A DNA stretch of 32,000 nucleotides. Source: an uncultured bacterium (GTDB lineage Bacteria; Patescibacteriota; Gracilibacteria; UBA1369; PNNO01). Location: NCBI GenBank assembly GCA_963704705.1, contig OY969931.1, positions 630,001 through 662,000 of the forward strand, in the 5' to 3' direction. The notes under the pieces were generated by a model. That model did no database searches. It was not told where the DNA came from and saw only the letters and a program-made list of their open reading frames with translations. Of the stretch, positions 26,476-32,000 are shown in pieces; positions within the stretch are counted from its first letter, which is position 1; the number at the start of each line of letters is the position of its first letter. The position numbers and the translations under genes are program-made.

Positions 26476-26790
26476 ATGGATGATTGTATTTTTTGTAAAA
26501 TCATAAATAAGGAAATTAACTCTGAAATAGTCCACGAAGATGATATCTGCGTGGCTTTTAAGGATATTCATCCTAAATCACGTGTGCATTTGCTTATTGT
26601 ACCCCGAAAACATATTCCAAAAATTTCAGATTTGGAGGAAGGCGATGAAAAAATAATCGGTCATCTTATAAAAGTTGCAAAAGATCTTGCTGAAAAGAAT
26701 CATTGCGAGTCATATAAACTTTTATTTAATGTTGGAGAAGCAGCAGGACAGGTTGTTTTCCATGTTCACCTTCATATGATGGGGAATTAA
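26476..26790 (+). CDS. HIT family protein (HINT-like nucleotide hydrolase)
   Basis: 104 aa; CIFCKIINKEINSEIVHEDD and histidine triad VVFHVHLHMMG. Confidence 0.93.
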   Translation: MDDCIFCKIINKEINSEIVHEDDICVAFKDIHPKSRVHLLIVPRKHIPKISDLEEGDEKIIGHLIKVAKDLAEKNHCESYKLLFNVGEAAGQVVFHVHLHMMGN

Positions 26791-27752
26791 ATTTTGATTT
26801 CCAAAGATAGGTCGATTGGTTTTATATTTTGCGTAAGCGCTCCCATTGAAATAATATCAACGCCTGTTCTTGCATATTGTGCGAGATTCTTTTTATTTAT
26901 TCCGCCCGAAGCTTCAAACAAGATATCATCATATAGATTTTCGCGTTTTAGCAGTGCTAGTAATTCTTCTATATCTTTTGGTTTCATATTGTCGAACATA
27001 ATAACCGGTGGTTTGGGAATATCCATTTGCAAAAGTGTGCGTGCGGTTTCAAGAACTTCACCTTTTTCATCAATTTCGATTTCAAAAAATTCATATGGAA
27101 CATTTGGTTTATTAAAATTTGCCAGTAATTCTTTTATGCTTCCTTTTAGAGCTATATGATTATCCTTTATAAGAATTGCATTCTCCAGATTCAGCCTGTG
27201 TGTTCCTCCTCCGGCAATTGTTACAGCCTTTTTATCCAATAGTCCCCATGTTGTTTTGCGTGTTGGCACAATTAATACATTCGGGTTTGCTTGTTTTGCT
27301 ATATCAATTAGTTCTTTTGAATAAGTTGCAATTCCGCACATATGCTGAAGAAAATTCAATATTATTCGTTCGGTTTTAAGTATATTTTTTATATCTCCAT
27401 AGATTTCCAATAAAACATCATCTTTTTCAAAGCGTTTTCCATCCTGAAAACTCTGGATAACCTTTATTGCATCCATTCTTGGCCTGAAAACAGGGTCGCT
27501 AGTCATAAGATAATAAACTATTTCAGCGCTACCAGCCATAATACCGGGTTCATTTGCGTAAATTCTGGCTGTGGCTTGCTGATTATCCTGAAAAAAACTG
27601 TCAGAAGTGATATCACCATTTTCTCCCAAATCTTTTTCAAGTTCCAAAAAGGTATATCTAAATACCCATTGTTTATATACAAGATTATCCAAAACAAGTT
27701 TGTCTTTTTGATTGAAAAGTTGTTTGGCTATTTGAGCGCGATCTTTTTTCAT
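26787..27752 (-). CDS. nadC: Nicotinate-nucleotide pyrophosphorylase (quinolinate phosphoribosyltransferase)
   Basis: 321 aa; ERIILNFLQHMCGIAT, PTRKTTWGLLDKKAVTIAGGGTHRLNLENAILIKDNH, FEASGGINKKNLAQYARTGVDIISMGALT. Confidence 0.95.
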   Translation of the reverse strand: MKKDRAQIAKQLFNQKDKLVLDNLVYKQWVFRYTFLELEKDLGENGDITSDSFFQDNQQATARIYANEPGIMAGSAEIVYYLMTSDPVFRPRMDAIKVIQSFQDGKRFEKDDVLLEIYGDIKNILKTERIILNFLQHMCGIATYSKELIDIAKQANPNVLIVPTRKTTWGLLDKKAVTIAGGGTHRLNLENAILIKDNHIALKGSIKELLANFNKPNVPYEFFEIEIDEKGEVLETARTLLQMDIPKPPVIMFDNMKPKDIEELLALLKRENLYDDILFEASGGINKKNLAQYARTGVDIISMGALTQNIKPIDLSLEIKI

Positions 27753-27789
27753 GGTAATATTTGATACCTCTTACTAGCAATTTTATATC

Positions 27790-28863
27790 ATGCTTCCTGA
27801 AAAGTATAAAGCCCTTTCTGATGAGCAAACAATACCTTTAATCGAAAAAGCCAAGAAACAACTTGGTAATAAAGTATTAATTTTGGGGCATCATTATCAG
27901 CGAGATGAAGTCATTCAGTTTGCGGATGAAGTGGGGGATTCTCTTAATTTGTCGCAGAAGGCAGCTAAATCAAACAGCCCGTATATTGTTTTTTGCGGAG
28001 TGAGATTCATGGCAGAAACAGCTGATATAGTAACTGATGATAGCAAAACAGTAATTTTGCCTGATTTATCTGCAGGATGCCCAATGGCTGATATGGCACC
28101 TGTTGATCAGATTGAAAAAGCATGGAAAGAATTATCAAAAATTATCGATGTTAGAAATGTTATTCCAATAACTTATATAAACAGTTCCGCTGAAACTAAA
28201 GCATTTTGCGGCGATCATAATGGTCTTGTCTGCACTTCGGCAAATGCTGAAAAAATTATAAAATGGGCATTCGATCAAAATAAACAGATTTTCTTCTTTC
28301 CTGATAGATATTTAAGTACGAATATTGCTCACAAAATTGGCCTTACAGAAAACGAAATTGCTCTTTGGGACAGGTACAAAGAAAACGGAAATTTAACTAA
28401 TGACAAAATTCAGAACGCCCGAATTCTTGTCTGGAACGGGTATTGTCCTGTTCATGCCAGATTTAAAGGGGAAGATATTGATGTTTTACGAGAACAAAAT
28501 CCAAATATAAAAATTATTGTTCACCCTGAAGTGCCTGAGCAGGTAGCGTTAAAGGCAGATTACATGGGTTCAACTAATTTTATAGTTAAAACCATTCAAG
28601 AATCAGAACCCGGAAGTGAATGGGGGATAGGAACTGAAATTCATTTGGTTTCACGGCTTGCAAAACAAAATCCTGATAAAAAAATTCATTTAATTGGTAC
28701 GCCAATTTGTATGTGTTCTATGATGGACAGGATTTCTCCTCAATATTTAATTTGGGTTTTGGAAAGCCTTGTTGATGGCACTGTAGTAAATAAAGTAACA
28801 GTTCCGGAAAATATTAAAAAAAGCGCATTGGTTGCGCTTAACAGAATGTTTGAGCTGTCTTAA
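27790..28863 (+). CDS. nadA: Quinolinate synthase A
   Basis: 357 aa; ILGHHYQRDEV, FCGVRFMAETA, DLSAGCPMADM, CTSANAEKI, WNGYCPVHARF, GTPICMCSMM. Confidence 0.95.
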   Translation: MLPEKYKALSDEQTIPLIEKAKKQLGNKVLILGHHYQRDEVIQFADEVGDSLNLSQKAAKSNSPYIVFCGVRFMAETADIVTDDSKTVILPDLSAGCPMADMAPVDQIEKAWKELSKIIDVRNVIPITYINSSAETKAFCGDHNGLVCTSANAEKIIKWAFDQNKQIFFFPDRYLSTNIAHKIGLTENEIALWDRYKENGNLTNDKIQNARILVWNGYCPVHARFKGEDIDVLREQNPNIKIIVHPEVPEQVALKADYMGSTNFIVKTIQESEPGSEWGIGTEIHLVSRLAKQNPDKKIHLIGTPICMCSMMDRISPQYLIWVLESLVDGTVVNKVTVPENIKKSALVALNRMFELS

Positions 28864-28866
28864 TTA

Positions 28867-29358
28867 TTAGTTATTTTTATCTTTTACGTAAGCTATCCAA
28901 AAGTCTTTTATTATATCAGCGGTAGCATTTGCCAATTTAGATAAAATTCTCTGAAGTTCACGGAGTCTTGCAACTAAAGAATTTAAACTATTTGCGTCTC
29001 TTTGTTTTATAATTTGTTTTATTTTTTTATTAAGGGACTTCATTTCTTTTTTAAGTTCTTTTTCAACCTGATTGCTCATTTTATCAACAGAAGGATATTT
29101 TAATTTTCTTACACCCTGAACATATTTTCCGGCTCCTGTACCGGTACCGCCCGCATATCCTTCTTTTGTTGTTTTTTCAGATTCTGAAATTTCACCTGTG
29201 CCTGTTTCAGCGCCTTCTATAACTTCACCTGCTTCAATTCCAACCGAAATTGTGGCTTCTTTTATTTCTTTGCCTTCGGGTTTGTGTTCCGGAGCTACTT
29301 TTGGCGCTTCGGGTTTAACTTCTGGTCCGGTTTGTTTATTATAATTATTATCAGCCAT
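28867..29358 (-). CDS. Hypothetical charged, coiled-coil-prone protein
   Basis: 163 aa ORF filling the gap before valS; C-terminal VEKELKKEMKSLNKKIKQIIKQRD helix; no recognised family. Confidence 0.55.
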   Translation of the reverse strand: MADNNYNKQTGPEVKPEAPKVAPEHKPEGKEIKEATISVGIEAGEVIEGAETGTGEISESEKTTKEGYAGGTGTGAGKYVQGVRKLKYPSVDKMSNQVEKELKKEMKSLNKKIKQIIKQRDANSLNSLVARLRELQRILSKLANATADIIKDFWIAYVKDKNN

Positions 29359-29434
29359 TTTAATTATTAATCCTTCTTAACATTATACGTGATTTTACGG
29401 TTTAAATAAACTGTAATTTGTGATATATCTTATA

Positions 29435-29514
29435 AAGAGTTCGATCGCAAGGCGATCTCACGCTCATGCTCGCGATATGATTTCGCTCGCAAGAGACTCG
29501 TGTTCACTCGTCTC
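29435..29514. repeat. GC-rich mini-hairpin cluster (family member 3)
   Basis: GATCGC-AAG-GCGATC (29443-29457) and GAGAC...GTCTC (29493-29514) separated by cgctcatgctcgcgatatgatttcgctcgc. Confidence 0.55.
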
Positions 29515-29528
29515 TGATTATAACCTAT

Positions 29529-32000
29529 ATGAATGTGAAAGAAATAGAAAAGGCCTATATTCCAAAATCCTACGAAGATAAAATCTACAAGAAATGGGAA
29601 ACTAGCGGAGTTTTTACACCAAAAGTTGATCCTAAAAAAAAGCCATTTACAATTTCAATGCCTCCTCCTAATGCAACCGGGACTTTGCATTTGGGGCATG
29701 CAACAATGCTGGCTATTGAAGATATTATGATTAGATATAAAAGAATGCAGGGTTTTTCTGCATTATGGCTTCCGGGAACGGATCACGCGTCCATAGCAAC
29801 TCAAAATCGTGTTGAAAAAAATCTAGCTGAAAATGGCCAAAACAGACATGAACTCGGTCGTGCAAAATTTTTAAAAGAAGTTGATAAATTTGTTGAGCAA
29901 TCAAGAGACACAATCAAAAATCAAATCAGAAAAATGGGTTCAAGCTGTGATTGGACTAGAGAAAGATTTACCTTAGACAAAGGCCTTTCTCTTGCTGTTA
30001 GAACTATGTTTAAAAAAATGTTTGATGACGGTTTGATTTATAGAGGTGATAGAATTGTGAATTGGTGCCCAAGATGTGAATCAACACTCGCTGATGATGA
30101 AGTTGATTATAAAGAAGCAAAAGAAAAGCTTTACTGGATTAAATATGGTCCTTTTAAAGTAGCAACAACAAGGCCTGAAACAATGCTTGGCGATACTGCG
30201 ATAGCAGTTAATCCAAAAGATAAGAGATATAAAAAAGATATTGGAAAAAAATTTAAAATCCCTTATCCATTGGGCGAATTTGAAGTAACAATGGTTGCAG
30301 ATAATGAAGTTGATATGGATTTTGGAACCGGTGCAGTAAAAGTTACTCCGGCTCACAGTTTTGCGGATTTTGAAATAGCAGGAAGAAATGGAATTGAATC
30401 AAAATCTGTTATAAATGAGCAAGGCAAAATGATGAAAAATTGCGGTAAATATGCTGGAATGTCCGCTAAAGACTGCAGAAAAGAATATGTAAAAGATTTG
30501 GAAAAAATGGGTCTTTTGGAAAAAGAAGAAGATTTCGACCATAATCTATCAATTTGTTATCGTTGTAAAACTCCGATTGAACCGTTAATTAGTAAACAAT
30601 GGTTTGTTGCCGTTGATAAGCCGGTAATTAAACATGAAGGTAAAAAGAAATCAATTAAAGAAAGATCAATTGAAGTTGTTCGCAATGGAGAAATCGAAAT
30701 AATCCCTGAAAGATTCGATAAAACTTATTATAACTGGATGGAAAACCTGCACGACTGGTGCATTTCTCGTCAGATTTGGTATGGGCATCAAGTTCCGGTT
30801 TGGTATTGCCAGGATTGTGATGAAGAGATCGTTGAAGTTGATACCCCTAAAAAATGTACTAAATGTAAAGGTTCTAACCTAAAGCAAGATCCCGATACTT
30901 TAGATACATGGTTTTCTTCAGGTTTATGGACTTTTTCAACACTTGGATGGCCTGATCAAACTGAAGATTTAAAATATTTCCACCCGACGAGTGTTTTGGA
31001 AACAGGTTATGATATTTTGTTTTTCTGGATTGCCAGAATGATAATAATGACAACTTACGGATTAGGAGAAGTTCCATTTAAACAGGTTTATCTGCATGGA
31101 TTAATTCGAACTCGTGATGGTCAGAAAATGTCTAAGTCAAAGCCTGAAACATGTATTAATCCGTTGGACATGATTGATCAGTACGGAACGGATGCTCTTC
31201 GTTTAAGCATGGTGATCGGTTCTACTCCTGGTAATGATTTGAGGCTTTATGAAGAGAAAATTGCAGGTTACAGAAATTTTGTTAATAAAATCTGGAATGC
31301 AGTTAGATTTTCATTGTTAAATGTTGATGAAAAAGCATTAAAAGAAGAATTTATTCCTAAAAAACACATCCAGTCGCCCGCTGATAAATGGATTCTTACA
31401 AAACTTCAGTATCTGATTAAAGATATCACTGATGATATGGATAAATATCACTTTAGTGAAGCCGGAAACAAAATTTATAATTTCACCTGGAGCGAACTTT
31501 GCGACTGGTATGTTGAATTTAGCAAAGGTGAACATTTGAATCCTAATGTTTTAGCTTTTGTAATTAAAAATTTATTAAAATTACTTCATCCTTTTATTCC
31601 TTTTGTTACAGAGGTTTTGTGGGAAAATCTGCATGGCGATAAAATGCTTATTTCAGAAGATTGGCCTGTTTTTGATAAAAGTATGATTTTTGCTAAAGAA
31701 GTTGAAAACATGGAACTTTTGCATCAGGTTATTTCAGACATAAGAAGTGCCAGAGCAGAGCATTCTGTTGATCCTGCAAAAGAAATTCATGCAGTTATTT
31801 ATGCAGGTAAATACACTGAGTTTTTAGAGCTTAAACGCGCACCTTTAATGAGAATGGCCAGAATAGGGGAGTTGGAAATATTTGAAAAAGGAGAAAAACT
31901 GGACCATGCGATTGCTCTATTAACAGGTAATCTTGAAATTTATCTGCCATTACATGAAATGATTGATATTGATAAAGAAAATAATCGATTAAACAAAGAA
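29529..32000 (+). CDS. valS: Valyl-tRNA synthetase, partial (runs off right edge)
   Basis: Open frame from ATG 29529 to the window end (824 codons): MNVKEIEKAYIPKSYEDKIYKKWE, HIGH motif PPPNATGTLHLGHA, PGTDHASIATQ, KMSKS motif DGQKMSKSKPE. Missing from the ORF track because it is truncated. Confidence 0.97.
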   Translation, partial: MNVKEIEKAYIPKSYEDKIYKKWETSGVFTPKVDPKKKPFTISMPPPNATGTLHLGHATMLAIEDIMIRYKRMQGFSALWLPGTDHASIATQNRVEKNLAENGQNRHELGRAKFLKEVDKFVEQSRDTIKNQIRKMGSSCDWTRERFTLDKGLSLAVRTMFKKMFDDGLIYRGDRIVNWCPRCESTLADDEVDYKEAKEKLYWIKYGPFKVATTRPETMLGDTAIAVNPKDKRYKKDIGKKFKIPYPLGEFEVTMVADNEVDMDFGTGAVKVTPAHSFADFEIAGRNGIESKSVINEQGKMMKNCGKYAGMSAKDCRKEYVKDLEKMGLLEKEEDFDHNLSICYRCKTPIEPLISKQWFVAVDKPVIKHEGKKKSIKERSIEVVRNGEIEIIPERFDKTYYNWMENLHDWCISRQIWYGHQVPVWYCQDCDEEIVEVDTPKKCTKCKGSNLKQDPDTLDTWFSSGLWTFSTLGWPDQTEDLKYFHPTSVLETGYDILFFWIARMIIMTTYGLGEVPFKQVYLHGLIRTRDGQKMSKSKPETCINPLDMIDQYGTDALRLSMVIGSTPGNDLRLYEEKIAGYRNFVNKIWNAVRFSLLNVDEKALKEEFIPKKHIQSPADKWILTKLQYLIKDITDDMDKYHFSEAGNKIYNFTWSELCDWYVEFSKGEHLNPNVLAFVIKNLLKLLHPFIPFVTEVLWENLHGDKMLISEDWPVFDKSMIFAKEVENMELLHQVISDIRSARAEHSVDPAKEIHAVIYAGKYTEFLELKRAPLMRMARIGELEIFEKGEKLDHAIALLTGNLEIYLPLHEMIDIDKENNRLNKE

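Noticed and set aside
870-29358. Possible UGA-to-Gly recoding as in Gracilibacteria/Absconditabacteria, since most stops here are TAA or TAG
   Set aside because: All conserved genes are full length under the standard code with no internal TGA, and ruvB terminates at tandem TGA TGA. Standard code 11 fits.
29435-29528. T-box riboswitch in the valS leader
   Set aside because: The leader is short and I cannot identify a specifier loop, the conserved T-box sequence or a terminator/antiterminator pair. It is reported only as a hairpin cluster.
1-32000. CRISPR arrays, rRNA, tmRNA, RNase P RNA
   Set aside because: No regularly spaced direct repeats or recognisable conserved RNA cores were seen in the sequence apart from the two tRNAs.

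Overview
This 32-kb window is AT-rich bacterial chromosome, tightly packed with housekeeping genes. It carries ruvB, an nrnA-like DHH gene, lepB, tsaE, aspS, dnaE, nadC, nadA, a partial valS, tRNA-Arg(TCT) and tRNA-Leu(TAG), plus envelope genes: SLH/M23 peptidase, 3D-domain/peptidoglycan-binding protein, TraD/VirB4-like ATPase and a DUF4215-type cysteine-repeat protein. Gene style (no visible Shine-Dalgarno sites, tiny intergenic gaps, SLH/M23 and large TraD-like ATPase) suggests a CPR/Patescibacteria lineage; this is inference only. The most anomalous segment is about 7.33-8.46 kb. It is a sharply bounded GC-rich island in an unusually long convergent intergenic gap, carrying one minus-strand gene for a 319-aa membrane-anchored low-complexity/coiled-coil protein. 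That gene has a textbook AGGAGG SD that neighbouring genes lack, and a perfect 15-bp stem hairpin just past its stop. It could be recent foreign DNA or an assembly chimera. Other leads are a sigma-region-4/HARE-HTH-like fusion protein, clusters of GC-rich mini-hairpins next to tRNAs and valS, a palindrome cluster between dnaE and the DUF4215-type gene, a phosphoesterase with an internal transmembrane insert, and recently duplicated 114-bp Cys-rich repeats. I found no clear defence system, CRISPR array, transposase or integrase.
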